A stretch of DNA of 64,000 nucleotides from an uncultured Candidatus Saccharibacteria bacterium. Its GTDB lineage: Bacteria > Patescibacteriota > Minisyncoccia > UBA6257 > 2-01-FULL-56-20. The translations under genes and the position numbers were made by a program. Below the pieces are notes generated by a model, which saw only the letters and a list, made by a program, of their open reading frames with translations, did no database searches and was not told the DNA's origin. Location of the stretch: the NCBI GenBank assembly GCA_965231155.1, contig OZ246418.1, positions 368,751 through 432,750 of the forward strand. Direction: 5' to 3'. Shown in pieces: positions 19,244-29,032 of this stretch. The first letter of the stretch is position 1, and every line of letters starts with the position of its first letter.

Positions 19244-19819
19244 ATGAAACAAGGAACTAAAAGATTGCTCAGTATGGCAGGTGCGCTTGCAATGATTGTT
19301 GGCGCATTTGTCGTCTATTTTGAACTTACTCAGCCTGCGTATAGGGATTTAGAGATGGCTCAGGGAAAGCGTCAGGGACGAGAGAAGTTCTTGGCTGAGC
19401 AAAAACCAGCCGTTGATAAGGTGCAGGCTTTGATTGCTGAGTATACCGGGGAAGGCGCTGGAGATTTGAAACAGGCTCTTTCGGAGAGTTTGCCTCTAGG
19501 ACCGAATCCGAGTGCTCCGCTTGTACAGCTTGAGGGATTAGTTCGGGCCAGTGGGCTTAGCATTCAGACACTCACACCTCAGCCAAATCGTGCTTCAGCA
19601 GTGCCTTCGGTGGGAGGGCTGGTAAAACCAGTCGGTACGCTGACTTTTAAAGTTTCTTTTGTTGGTTCGTATGAGCAAATGAAAGACTTTTTCTCTAAGA
19701 TGGAAAGCAACGTCCTCCTCTTCGAGGTTCGATCTTTAAACATACAGCCATCAGGAAAAGCTGGATTTAACTCTTTTAATGGCAACGTAGAAATCGTATC
19801 CTATTATCAACAATCATAA
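19244..19819 (+). CDS. pilO: PilO-like protein
   Basis: N-terminal TM, coiled coil, GSYEQMKDFFSKMES motif; position after pilN. Confidence 0.75.
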   Translation: MKQGTKRLLSMAGALAMIVGAFVVYFELTQPAYRDLEMAQGKRQGREKFLAEQKPAVDKVQALIAEYTGEGAGDLKQALSESLPLGPNPSAPLVQLEGLVRASGLSIQTLTPQPNRASAVPSVGGLVKPVGTLTFKVSFVGSYEQMKDFFSKMESNVLLFEVRSLNIQPSGKAGFNSFNGNVEIVSYYQQS

Positions 19820-19822
19820 ACC

Positions 19823-20116
19823 ATGGCTATTGTCGTTGAAGAAGAAAAAGATCGTGGTGGAGTCATCGTCCTTATCGGCTGGCTTGTGGTCATTGTCACT
19901 ATAATCTTGGCTATCTATCTAATTTTCTTTAAGAATCCAGAGATTGTGGAGAATGTGGCACCTTCGAGTTTTCGCCAGACCGCGCAGGTAGCGAAAATTG
20001 ATCTTAAGGTAGGCGTATTTAAAGATCCAGCATTTACTATTCGACAGACTTCTGGTCGACACGTAGAAGGACCAGGAGAGGGGACTTCAGGGAAGGCTAA
20101 TCCGTTCCTGCCCTAA
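19823..20116 (+). CDS. Small single-TM protein in pilP position
   Basis: One TM helix, C-terminal GKANPF. Confidence 0.7.
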   Translation: MAIVVEEEKDRGGVIVLIGWLVVIVTIILAIYLIFFKNPEIVENVAPSSFRQTAQVAKIDLKVGVFKDPAFTIRQTSGRHVEGPGEGTSGKANPFLP

Positions 20117-20138
20117 TAATTTTTTTAGAGAGTAATTT

Positions 20139-21860
20139 ATGGACGCACAACGATTTTTGAAAGAAGTTGAGACTGCTGGCCTCCTTAATCAAGGGGACTT
20201 TGAGTCACTGAAAAAAGAAGTAGAACTTTCCGGACGTCCGGTTGAGGCGGTGGCAGTGGAACGTCGCTTGGTTGATGATGGTAAGTTGGCACAGTTGAAG
20301 GCGAAGGTTTTAGGAGTTCCATATAAGAAAGTAAAAACAACAGATGTTCCTACAGAACTTTTTGAACTTTTTCCAGAAGAGACAGTCAGAACTTATACTG
20401 TTGTGCCGATTGAGAAACAGAATGATTTATTAGTTGTTGGCATGGTTGATCCGGATGATCTGAAGGCTCAGGAGGCGATTAAATTTATTGCGCGACGGGC
20501 TCACCTCAATCTTGGTGTGTATGCTATTTCTTGGAGTGATTGGCAGTCGGTGTTACAGCGCTACTCTCCATATAAGAGTGAGATTGAAGCAGCTATTCGG
20601 TCTTTGAATTTGAAATCATCGGCTGGTCGTGATTTGGTGAGCTTGGAAAAAGGTGCCTCGGCCGCGCAGGATGGACCAGTTATCCGAATCGTGGCGGAAA
20701 CATTCCGCGAAGCGATTACGCGAGGCGCTTCGGATATTCATATTGAACCTCAGCAAAACTATCTTCGTATTCGGTTGCGCGTTGATGGAGAGTTGCGCGA
20801 GGAAGCTTCTTTGCCCGTCGAACTTTCTCAGCCGGTAGTTTCTCGTATTAAAGTCATTTCTGATTTAAAAATCGACGAGACGCGCATTCCTCAGGATGGT
20901 CGTTTTCGAACAACAGTTTTTGGCAGGAATATTGATTTTCGAGTTTCCACATTTCCGACTCCGTTAGGGGAGAAGGTGGCCATTCGTGTCCTTGATCCGA
21001 CCACCGGCCTCAAGAGTTTTGAGCAACTTGGTCTGATGGGCAAAAATTTGGAGTTTGTGAAAGAAGGACTGAATAAGCCCTTTGGTATGGTTTTGGTGAC
21101 TGGTCCAACTGGCTCTGGTAAAAGTACGACGCTCTATGCCTTGCTTCAGGCCTTGAATCGCGAGGGAGTGAATATTGTCAGTCTTGAAGATCCTGTTGAG
21201 TACTTTGTGTCGGGGGTGAATCAGTCCCAGGTACATCCCGAGATTGGCTATGACTTTGCTTCTGGTTTGCGTCAGATTCTTCGTCAGGATCCAGACGTGA
21301 TTATGGTTGGTGAGATTCGAGATACCGAGACAGCCAGTCTTGGAGTGCACGCGGCGCTCACTGGTCATGTGGTTCTTTCAACACTCCATACCAACAATGC
21401 GATTGGTGTGATTCCTCGATTGATCGATATGAAGGTTGATTCATTCCTCATTCCGGCGGCTTTGAATCTGATGCTCGGACAGAGACTCGTTCTTCGTCTC
21501 TGTGAGAAGTGTAAAGAACCCCAGCAAGCTTCTCCGGAACTTCAGACAGCTATTAAAAAGGCGTTAGCCGGCATGCCCGCAGAACTGACCGCTGAATTCA
21601 AAGATCCCTATACTATATATAAGGCGCCAGGGTGTAATGCCTGTCGAGGTAAGGGGACTGTTGGTCGGATGGCAGTTTTTGAAGTGTTTCGAATGACTCC
21701 AGAACTGGAAAGTCTTTTAAATAGCGGTTTCAGTATGCAACAGATTATGGCTGAGACGAAGCGACAGGGGATGATCACGATGCGTCAGGATGGAGTTCTG
21801 AAGGCCTTAGCGGGAATTGTTTCTTTGGAGGATGTCTTACGTGAGACTACTGAGGATTAA
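20139..21860 (+). CDS. pilB: Type IV pilus extension ATPase PilB (GspE/PulE family)
   Basis: ASDIHIEP, PQDGR, GPTGSGKSTT, LRQDPDVIMVGEIRD, tetracysteine motif. Confidence 0.94.
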   Translation: MDAQRFLKEVETAGLLNQGDFESLKKEVELSGRPVEAVAVERRLVDDGKLAQLKAKVLGVPYKKVKTTDVPTELFELFPEETVRTYTVVPIEKQNDLLVVGMVDPDDLKAQEAIKFIARRAHLNLGVYAISWSDWQSVLQRYSPYKSEIEAAIRSLNLKSSAGRDLVSLEKGASAAQDGPVIRIVAETFREAITRGASDIHIEPQQNYLRIRLRVDGELREEASLPVELSQPVVSRIKVISDLKIDETRIPQDGRFRTTVFGRNIDFRVSTFPTPLGEKVAIRVLDPTTGLKSFEQLGLMGKNLEFVKEGLNKPFGMVLVTGPTGSGKSTTLYALLQALNREGVNIVSLEDPVEYFVSGVNQSQVHPEIGYDFASGLRQILRQDPDVIMVGEIRDTETASLGVHAALTGHVVLSTLHTNNAIGVIPRLIDMKVDSFLIPAALNLMLGQRLVLRLCEKCKEPQQASPELQTAIKKALAGMPAELTAEFKDPYTIYKAPGCNACRGKGTVGRMAVFEVFRMTPELESLLNSGFSMQQIMAETKRQGMITMRQDGVLKALAGIVSLEDVLRETTED

Positions 21861-21862
21861 TC

Positions 21863-21950
21863 GCTTTCATTTTCAGAACACGTATAAATTCTGCTGAATT
21901 TATACTATACTGCGCACCGACGTGCTCCATAATGTTCTCAAAATGAAAGC
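21863..21950. repeat. 88-bp palindromic multibranch element between pilB and pilT
   Basis: 18-bp terminal inverted repeat with 1 mismatch enclosing gtataaattc/gaatttatac and gcac/gtgc hairpins. Confidence 0.8.
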
Positions 21951-21989
21951 TCATGAGGAGTGTGAGGAGGTATATGGTATAATTTTTTT

Positions 21990-23066
21990 ATGGCTGAAGA
22001 TTATAAACAGAAACTTGATGAGTTGTTATTAACGACTGCGAAACAGAATGCTTCTGACCTTCATTTAAGTGTGGGTCGTCGTCCGACGTTGCGTCTGGAC
22101 GGTGTGCTGGTGGCATTACAGAAAGAAGAAATTATGACTCCAGAGATTGCCGAGGGTTTGATTTCTGCCCTCCTTACTCCTGAGCAGAAAAAAAGATTTC
22201 TTGATGAACGCCAGCTCGACTTTGCCTATAGCTATGAAGACAAGGCGCGTTTTCGTGTGAATGTGTATTTTCAGCGTGGGTATATGTCGGCGGCACTTCG
22301 TTTAATTCCACCTCATGTAAAAACACTCGAAGAGTTATCTTTACCGCCAATTCTTCATGATTTTGGAAAGCTCACCCAGGGATTTATTTTGGTGGTGGGT
22401 CCGGCTGGTCATGGGAAGTCGACAACATTGGCCGCTATTCTTGATGAGATCAATCACACGCGCACTGATCACATCATTACTATTGAGGATCCAATTGAGT
22501 ATGTCTTCGCTCAGGATCGAGCCATTATTTCTCAGAAAGAAGTAGAGAGTGATATTCCCAGTTTTAGCGCTGGTCTTCGCACGATTCTTCGTCAGGATCC
22601 AGACGTGGTGATGATTGGTGAAATGCGAGATGCTACTTCTATCGCCACCGCCATGACTGCTTCGGAAACTGGTCACTTGGTTTTTTCCACACTACACACC
22701 AACTCAGCGGCGCAAACTATTGATCGTATTATTGATTCTTTCCCTCCCGAGCAGCAGTCACAGGCGATGTCACAGCTGGCTGCGACATTAGTAGCAATTG
22801 TATCTCAGCGTTTAGTTCCGAGATTGTCTGGTGGGCGTGTTCCGACAAATGAAATCATGATTGTGAATCCTGCAATTCGCAATCTTATTCGTGAGCGAAA
22901 GATTTACCAAATTGATTTGGTTATTGAAACAAGCGTCCAGGAGGGGATGATGACCCTCAATCGCTCCTTGGCTACTTTGGTGAAGAATAAAGAGATTTCT
23001 TTGGAAAATGCTGAGTTGTATTCACTGAATCCTGCCGAGCTTAGAATCTTATTGGAGAGGATGTAG
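21990..23066 (+). CDS. pilT: Type IV pilus retraction ATPase PilT
   Basis: ASDLHL, GPAGHGKSTT, TIEDPIEY, ETGHLVFSTLHTNS, AIRNLIRE. Confidence 0.95.
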   Translation: MAEDYKQKLDELLLTTAKQNASDLHLSVGRRPTLRLDGVLVALQKEEIMTPEIAEGLISALLTPEQKKRFLDERQLDFAYSYEDKARFRVNVYFQRGYMSAALRLIPPHVKTLEELSLPPILHDFGKLTQGFILVVGPAGHGKSTTLAAILDEINHTRTDHIITIEDPIEYVFAQDRAIISQKEVESDIPSFSAGLRTILRQDPDVVMIGEMRDATSIATAMTASETGHLVFSTLHTNSAAQTIDRIIDSFPPEQQSQAMSQLAATLVAIVSQRLVPRLSGGRVPTNEIMIVNPAIRNLIRERKIYQIDLVIETSVQEGMMTLNRSLATLVKNKEISLENAELYSLNPAELRILLERM

Positions 23067-23089
23067 GAGTTGTTCATTCGTATTCTTAT

Positions 23090-24301
23090 ATGAAATTTAA
23101 GTACCAAGCAAAAACGCGAGAAGGAGAGCTCCAGGTGGGCTATGTTGAAGCGGGTACTAAAGATAGTGCGGCCAGTATTCTTTCTAGTCATGAACTTTTC
23201 CTTCTGACGCTCGAAGAAGCTGAACACGTTCGTTGGTATGATCGATTATCAAGCTACTTCAGTTCTGTTCGCAAAAAAGACTTTGTTATCTTTAGCCGAC
23301 AGCTGGCTCTTCTTTTGAATGCGCGATTACCGTTGGGTGATGCGTTGAGAAATCTGGCAGAGCAGACACAGAACCCAACGCTTAAGGAGTCGGTGATCTT
23401 AGTCTCAGAAGATATCAATTCCGGTCTATCTTTTTCGCAGGCCTTGGAACGACAGGGTGGGGTGTTCTCTGAGTTTTTTGTAAGCTTGGTACGTGCTTCT
23501 GAAGTGACGGGAAACTTGGCTGAGGCCGCTTCGTTTTTGGCTGATTACTACGAAAAAGAATCGATTATTAGTAGCAAGGTAAAAGCTGCCTTGATGTATC
23601 CGATAATCGTCATTCTTCTATTTGTTGGCGTATCGGTTCTTTTGATCACTGTTGTCTTCCCACAGATCGGTCCAATCTTTGCGCAAGCGAAAGTGGAACT
23701 CCCTCTCTTCACGAAAATTCTTTTGAACAGTGGTGATTTCTTGAGTCGGTGGTGGTTGGTCCTGGTTATCTGTCTCACGGTGATCGTTGCCACGATTCTT
23801 GACTATGCACGAACGACCGAGGGGAGGGGAGTATTTGATGAGCTGAAGATTCGATTACCAATTGTCGGAAAGGTGTATATGCCCCTAATGATTACTCGTA
23901 TTTCCAATAATGCAGCCATTCTTTTGCATGGTGGTGTGCCGATGGCGCAAACGTTAGAAATTGTCAGTCAGACAGTTGATAACGCGGTCTACGAAGAACT
24001 TCTTCGTGACATTAGTAATGGTGTTCGTCAGGGGGAACCACTTTCGAAGGCGATTAGTCAGCATCCTGATTATTTCCCGACACTTATTTCCCAAATGTTA
24101 GCGGTTGGTGAAGTGACTGGACAGGTTGATGAGATATTCACACGTGTAGCTACCTTGTACGGTCGAGAGCTGGATGATACAATCAACAACATGACCGAGC
24201 TAATTCAGCCGGTCCTGATGGTGGGCTTGGGACTTCTGACTGGATTATTATTCGGTTCGATTCTCATCCCGCTCTATAAGTTAGTTTCTACATTCCAGTA
24301 G
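23090..24301 (+). CDS. pilC: Type IV pilus platform protein PilC (GspF family)
   Basis: FSRQLALLL, two GspF repeats (EVTGNL, GEVTGQV), ALMYP. Confidence 0.93.
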   Translation: MKFKYQAKTREGELQVGYVEAGTKDSAASILSSHELFLLTLEEAEHVRWYDRLSSYFSSVRKKDFVIFSRQLALLLNARLPLGDALRNLAEQTQNPTLKESVILVSEDINSGLSFSQALERQGGVFSEFFVSLVRASEVTGNLAEAASFLADYYEKESIISSKVKAALMYPIIVILLFVGVSVLLITVVFPQIGPIFAQAKVELPLFTKILLNSGDFLSRWWLVLVICLTVIVATILDYARTTEGRGVFDELKIRLPIVGKVYMPLMITRISNNAAILLHGGVPMAQTLEIVSQTVDNAVYEELLRDISNGVRQGEPLSKAISQHPDYFPTLISQMLAVGEVTGQVDEIFTRVATLYGRELDDTINNMTELIQPVLMVGLGLLTGLLFGSILIPLYKLVSTFQ

Positions 24302-24309
24302 AATAGAGA

Positions 24310-24319
24310 AAAGGTCGAG
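24310..24319 (+). promoter_or_regulatory. AAAGGTCGAG leader motif (major pilin)
   Basis: Exact 10-mer 27 nt before pilin ATG. Confidence 0.7.
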
Positions 24320-24346
24320 ATTCGCTAGACATATACACGAAAAAAA

Positions 24347-24760
24347 ATGAACAAAAAAGGTTTTACACTTATCGAACTCTTGATCGTTGTGGCGATTATC
24401 TCCATCTTGGCGGGTATTGTGTTAGTTGGTCTCCGACCAAGCTTAAACACCGCTCGAGATGCGCGGCGAATTGCTGAAATCAAACAGATTCAGACTGGTT
24501 TGCAGTTGTACTATAATCGAAACGGTGTGTACCCAGATTCTCTTCAGGACGTCCTTGATTCTGGAGTAGTGACTGCAATGCCATTGTTGGATCCTGGACA
24601 GGCTCCATATGGATATGCCAAAGATGCCGCTACCGGAGGATATATTTTGGGTACAATTTTTGAGGAACCTAACTCAAAATCCACTCAGAATCAGGTTACC
24701 ACTGGCAGTGCTGGTACCGTCAACTGTGGTGATGAGAAAGCTTACTGCGTAAGTTTCTAG
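24347..24760 (+). CDS. Type IV pilin, probable major pilin
   Basis: KKG/FTLIELLIVVAII prepilin site, ARDARR, C-terminal Cys pair. Confidence 0.92.
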   Translation: MNKKGFTLIELLIVVAIISILAGIVLVGLRPSLNTARDARRIAEIKQIQTGLQLYYNRNGVYPDSLQDVLDSGVVTAMPLLDPGQAPYGYAKDAATGGYILGTIFEEPNSKSTQNQVTTGSAGTVNCGDEKAYCVSF

Positions 24761-24773
24761 TTTTTTGACAAGT

Positions 24774-25616
24774 ATGGCGTTTTACCCAATCCTTTTCTTT
24801 CTTGGACTAGCGATTGGCAGTTTTCTAAATGTCATAGCCGTTCGCTATCAGCCGGAGAAGAATCTTCTTTGTGCCGGTACGCTCGGAGGCCGCTCTCACT
24901 GTTCCCATTGCGGGAAACAGCTACGATGGAAAGAACTCATTCCACTCGTTAGCTTTTTAGTGCAGGGCGGCCTTTGTCGTTTTTGTCATCATCAGCTGAG
25001 TTTACAGTATCCTCTGGCCGAGCTTTTCTCGGGAATTATTTTTATTATGGTGCCGTGGCGATTAGGTATTTTTTCTTCGATGCCAGTTCTTGTGCTCTGG
25101 ATATTTATCTTTTCAGCCTTACTTCTAATAGCCCTTATCGATATTCGGATAAGAATTATTCCTAATGAGTTGATTGTTTTTCTTTTTTTGGTGGCCTTGC
25201 CACTAGTGGTGCTTAGCGCCCAATCATTTGATCTGACTAGTGGATCTTTTGTCGGGCATTATGCCTTACTTTTCGGCGGACGAGAGAGTATCTGGCTGAA
25301 TCATCTTTTTGGGGTCTTAGCCGGAGCAGGTTTTTTCTTGGTACTTCTCTTCATCACCAAGGGAAGAGGAGTGGGTGGGGGAGATATTAAACTATCCGCC
25401 GTTCTCGGACTCATCTTTGGTTGGCCAGATGTCTTGATACTTATTCCTCTTTCTTTTATTCTGGGAAGTTTATTTGTTTTACCACTACTCATCACTGGCC
25501 AAGCTGGGAGGAAGGATATGGTTCCCTTCGGACCGTTTTTGGTTTTTTCCTCAGTTCTTGTTTTCCTTTTTGGTTTCCAGATGGTTGATTTTTACTTTCA
25601 CCTCTTTCGCATATAA
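24774..25616 (+). CDS. pilD: Prepilin peptidase
   Basis: GSFLNV, RSHCSHC, GLCRFC, IDIRIRIIPN, GGGDIKL, PFGPFL. Confidence 0.93.
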   Translation: MAFYPILFFLGLAIGSFLNVIAVRYQPEKNLLCAGTLGGRSHCSHCGKQLRWKELIPLVSFLVQGGLCRFCHHQLSLQYPLAELFSGIIFIMVPWRLGIFSSMPVLVLWIFIFSALLLIALIDIRIRIIPNELIVFLFLVALPLVVLSAQSFDLTSGSFVGHYALLFGGRESIWLNHLFGVLAGAGFFLVLLFITKGRGVGGGDIKLSAVLGLIFGWPDVLILIPLSFILGSLFVLPLLITGQAGRKDMVPFGPFLVFSSVLVFLFGFQMVDFYFHLFRI

Positions 25617-25623
25617 TGAATAG

Positions 25624-26235
25624 GTGAAGTCATTTTTTCATGCGCGTAGGGGATATACATTGATCGAACTACTGGTGGTAGTAGCTATTATGGCGATTAC
25701 CGCTGGCACGTTAGTTTCTTTTAGTAAGATTGGTCAGGATCAAACTACACTTTACATCGAAGCGTCGAAGATTATCGACGTGGTCCTTCGGGCTAAGGCT
25801 TTAGCTATTTCTGCCTACAAAGATCCTAATGATACCCGTATTTCTTGCGCTCATGGCATCACCCTTGATCTCAGGCCAGGAGAAAACAGTTTTAGTCTCA
25901 CTCGTTATCTGAGAAAGAGTCCAACTGACGAAGCGTGTGTCACGATGGGCAATAGCAATCCGCTTAGCCTTGGAGATCGTTTTGAAAGAGCGGTAGCGGA
26001 ATCATCGGTGTATACTCTATCGAAGGGGATTGTTTTTGATCTGGCAAGTACCACAATTTCTGATATTGCTTTTCGTCCACCAGATCCTCAGATTTTCTTT
26101 TTCGATAAAAGTGGCATGTTGCCGACTCCTCCACTGAGGAGTGGAACAATTGTGATTATGGATGAAGGTGGTCAGTCTCGGATCCGGATTGTTATTGGTC
26201 AGGGTGGGCAGATTACTTATAGTTTTATTAACTGA
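25624..26235 (+). CDS. Minor pilin (FimT/GspH-like)
   Basis: RRG/YTLIELLVVVAI prepilin site. Confidence 0.85.
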   Translation: MKSFFHARRGYTLIELLVVVAIMAITAGTLVSFSKIGQDQTTLYIEASKIIDVVLRAKALAISAYKDPNDTRISCAHGITLDLRPGENSFSLTRYLRKSPTDEACVTMGNSNPLSLGDRFERAVAESSVYTLSKGIVFDLASTTISDIAFRPPDPQIFFFDKSGMLPTPPLRSGTIVIMDEGGQSRIRIVIGQGGQITYSFIN

Positions 26236-26236
26236 C

Positions 26237-26830
26237 ATGAATCCTGTTTCTTTGCATGCTTCTCGGGGGGGACAGACCATCATGGAGATGGTGGTGGCTT
26301 TAGGTATACTGACGGTTGGTTTTTTGGGAATCGTGAACTTGCTCAATAGCTCACTAGGATTGCACCGAGTGATTGCTGATGATTACAAGGCGACCTATCT
26401 TGCTGCTGAAGGAGTTGAGTTGATAAAGAATATGGTTGTTACCAACGCTGGGAATCAGGCCGGTTCTTTGCCTCTTACTCCGGTTGCCTGGTGTTCTGGT
26501 CTACCTGCTGGTAGTTATGAGATTGATCACACATTGGAAGTTCCTAGTAGTAGGCCGGATGATTGTAACACCTCATATCCGGGACTTTTTGCCGTGACTG
26601 GTCGTCCTCTCTTTTTTCATCCTGCAACTCACTTGTATGACTACGACACTACTGACTCGCAGGAAACTCCTTTCCGTCGTACAGTAACTATCTCATATGG
26701 CAAGGAGGCTATTCCGTTCGCCACGGCAGATGACCAGATGACTGTTCAGTCGGTAGTTCGTTGGCGAGATAAAACTGGAGATAATGAAGTTAACCTTATT
26801 GATTATATTTTTAACTCTTCTTCTACATAG
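26237..26830 (+). CDS. Minor pilin (PilV-like)
   Basis: RGG/QTIMEMVVAL, ATYLAAEGVE; start moved to ATG 26237. Confidence 0.82.
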   Translation: MNPVSLHASRGGQTIMEMVVALGILTVGFLGIVNLLNSSLGLHRVIADDYKATYLAAEGVELIKNMVVTNAGNQAGSLPLTPVAWCSGLPAGSYEIDHTLEVPSSRPDDCNTSYPGLFAVTGRPLFFHPATHLYDYDTTDSQETPFRRTVTISYGKEAIPFATADDQMTVQSVVRWRDKTGDNEVNLIDYIFNSSST

Positions 26831-26834
26831 GTTT

Positions 26835-27416
26835 ATGAAAATACATCTGACAGAGACGAGGGGAGGATTTACTCTAGTAGAGTCGCTGGTGGCGATTTCT
26901 ATATTCGTTATTGTTTTTTCAGTGGCTATTGGTGGTTTTGTGGCTGCCTTGCGTACTCAACGTCAGATTCAGGCTTTGATTTCAGCAAACAGTAATGCCA
27001 GTTTGATTATCGAGCAGATGGCCAGAGAGATGAGGACGGGATTGGGATTTCGAGCCCTTGCTTCGGCTGACTGTGTTTCTCCAGCGTTACCGTGTGAGCT
27101 TGATTTTACAACTGGTCGGAACGAGAGTGTGGCCTATCTATGGGATAAAACTAACGGCAGTATTGTGCGTCGGGGTGATGCGGGAGACCTCGTGCCGATT
27201 ACTGCAGAGAATGTGGCGGTGCGGTATTTGGGTTTTAAAGTACTAGGAGAGTGTGCCAGTGCGGGAGATTTTCCATCACACGGTCCACGAGTAACAATTG
27301 TGTTGGGTATTAGTCCGAAGGGAGAGCGTGGAGTCAATGACACGGTGACTGAGATTCAGACAACCGTGGCCTCTCGCCAGGGTTTTATCTGCGGGTATCC
27401 AGTTCCGGTTATCTGA
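26835..27416 (+). CDS. Minor pilin (PilW-like)
   Basis: RGG/FTLVESLVAI, IEQMAREMR; start moved to ATG 26835. Confidence 0.85.
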   Translation: MKIHLTETRGGFTLVESLVAISIFVIVFSVAIGGFVAALRTQRQIQALISANSNASLIIEQMAREMRTGLGFRALASADCVSPALPCELDFTTGRNESVAYLWDKTNGSIVRRGDAGDLVPITAENVAVRYLGFKVLGECASAGDFPSHGPRVTIVLGISPKGERGVNDTVTEIQTTVASRQGFICGYPVPVI

Positions 27417-27453
27417 TCGTCCTGTAGAAGTTGCGTATGATATAATTAGGAAA

Positions 27454-28488
27454 ATGACTAGCCGTTTTTTATCTGGACTTTTCTTTTCCTTCCTGACTGT
27501 TCTTGTAATAGGTGGAGTGTTTTACTCCATAGATTTAGTGTTTGCGAGTTTTGGTCCAGCCGATCTTCCGTTGAAGGGTTACGTCTGGGGAGCCGATAAT
27601 GGCCAGGGTGTTGGTTTTATTAGTTTTTGTGGTGGGCAGGGAACGCCGGAATGTCCAGGGAGTAGCGTTGAGTATCAAGTGGTAATTGATAACAATACCG
27701 GAATTTTCAGAGGGTATGCCTGGTCCCCAAATTTTGGTTGGTTGAGTTTTAATAAGAGTGAAACTCAGTCTCCGCCCTATCCACCATTTAATAGTGGAGA
27801 GTCTTATATCGCGAAAATTGATCCCACAAATCCAGGCGAGAAGCAGATGGAGGGTTGGGGTCGGTTTTTGTCTGCCTGTGATTTTATAGATGGACCTGAT
27901 GCTGATTCTTTTCCAGATCAGTGTGCATCCTCTGGCCCGGGAGCAAATAGTGGCGGTTGGGATGGTTGGGTAAACTTTTCTTCAGGAACCGCGACGGACG
28001 GAAATTACTACAGAGGATTTGTAGCTACGAGTAGTGCGGGAGCAGGTTATCTTTCTGGATATGCCTGGGGAAGTGATAACGTGGGAGTTATCGAGGCCAG
28101 TACCAGCCCCGCTTTCTTGCAACCTCCACGGGTACCACTTCCGCAAATTAGTGTTAATCTGACGGCCAGTCCGGTGACTGGAAAAGTTCCACTGGGAGTC
28201 ACTTTGACGGCTACGGTAACTACTAATACGAGCTCTAGTATTACTTATAAATTTTTCTGTGATGAGGGAGGTAAGAATCGAGGGTCATCGACAATTGATA
28301 CTTTTGCCACGACAGCATCATTCCAGTGTATCTATAGCGTAGCGGATAGTTATAAGCCCGCTGTTGAGGTTTATCAGGATGGAGTTTTTGCCAAAGCTGC
28401 TAATTCTTCTTATCTGACGAACGCCGGACCAGGACAGACTATTCAAGCTAAGCCAGGAATTATTATTGAGATTGCCCCTGATGAGTAG
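27454..28488 (+). CDS. Secreted pilus-associated protein with repeated GYAW/GW motifs and C-terminal PKD-like domain
   Basis: N-terminal hydrophobic signal, GYVWG/GYAWS/GYAWG repeats, ASPVTGKVPLGVTLTA. Confidence 0.7.
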   Translation: MTSRFLSGLFFSFLTVLVIGGVFYSIDLVFASFGPADLPLKGYVWGADNGQGVGFISFCGGQGTPECPGSSVEYQVVIDNNTGIFRGYAWSPNFGWLSFNKSETQSPPYPPFNSGESYIAKIDPTNPGEKQMEGWGRFLSACDFIDGPDADSFPDQCASSGPGANSGGWDGWVNFSSGTATDGNYYRGFVATSSAGAGYLSGYAWGSDNVGVIEASTSPAFLQPPRVPLPQISVNLTASPVTGKVPLGVTLTATVTTNTSSSITYKFFCDEGGKNRGSSTIDTFATTASFQCIYSVADSYKPAVEVYQDGVFAKAANSSYLTNAGPGQTIQAKPGIIIEIAPDE

Positions 28489-28912
28489 TTTCTCTCGCCA
28501 TATCGAAAAATTTGATCCTCGTTCCGGACAGGCGATGCTTCTTACGGTGATCGCTCTAGGGGGTACACTGCTTGGTGCGACCACGATTGCGGGACTTCTC
28601 ATGCTTTATCAAATTCGCCAAGCGACGGACTTGAAAGATTCTAATAAGGCGATTTTTGCGGCTGATGCTGGCATAGAGATGGTTGGTTATTATTTGGCTA
28701 ATGCTACTGGAGGAGAGGAGCCTCTGGTTCCTCAAGATATGGTTGATCACAATGGGGTAACTAATAAAGCGAAGATCTCTCGGGTTGTCTGTTATAGTGC
28801 AACGAGTACTGATCCGACAACAATCATTCCTTGTTCGCAGGGTTCTTCAAGCGCTGTAGTGCTTCGATCATATGGAGAGTCGGGGAGAGCCAATCGGGCG
28901 TTTCAACAATAA
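28481..28912 (+). CDS. Minor pilin (PilX/GspK-like)
   Basis: RSG/QAMLLTVI lacking Glu5, AIFAADAGIE motif. Confidence 0.8.
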   Translation: MSSFSRHIEKFDPRSGQAMLLTVIALGGTLLGATTIAGLLMLYQIRQATDLKDSNKAIFAADAGIEMVGYYLANATGGEEPLVPQDMVDHNGVTNKAKISRVVCYSATSTDPTTIIPCSQGSSSAVVLRSYGESGRANRAFQQ

Positions 28913-28922
28913 AGTTGCGTTC

Positions 28923-28970
28923 TTAGAACGAGAAAATAGGGGACTTCCTTTACCTATTTTCTCGTTCTGA
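28923..28970 (+). terminator. Long hairpin at end of pilus cluster
   Basis: 18-bp stem ttagaacgagaaaatagg/cctattttctcgttctga, weak T tract. Confidence 0.6.
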
Positions 28971-29032
28971 CTTATTTATGGTGCAAACTAGAGGGGGGTG
29001 AGGGATTTCTGAATTCGAGGTAAAATGGGGGA

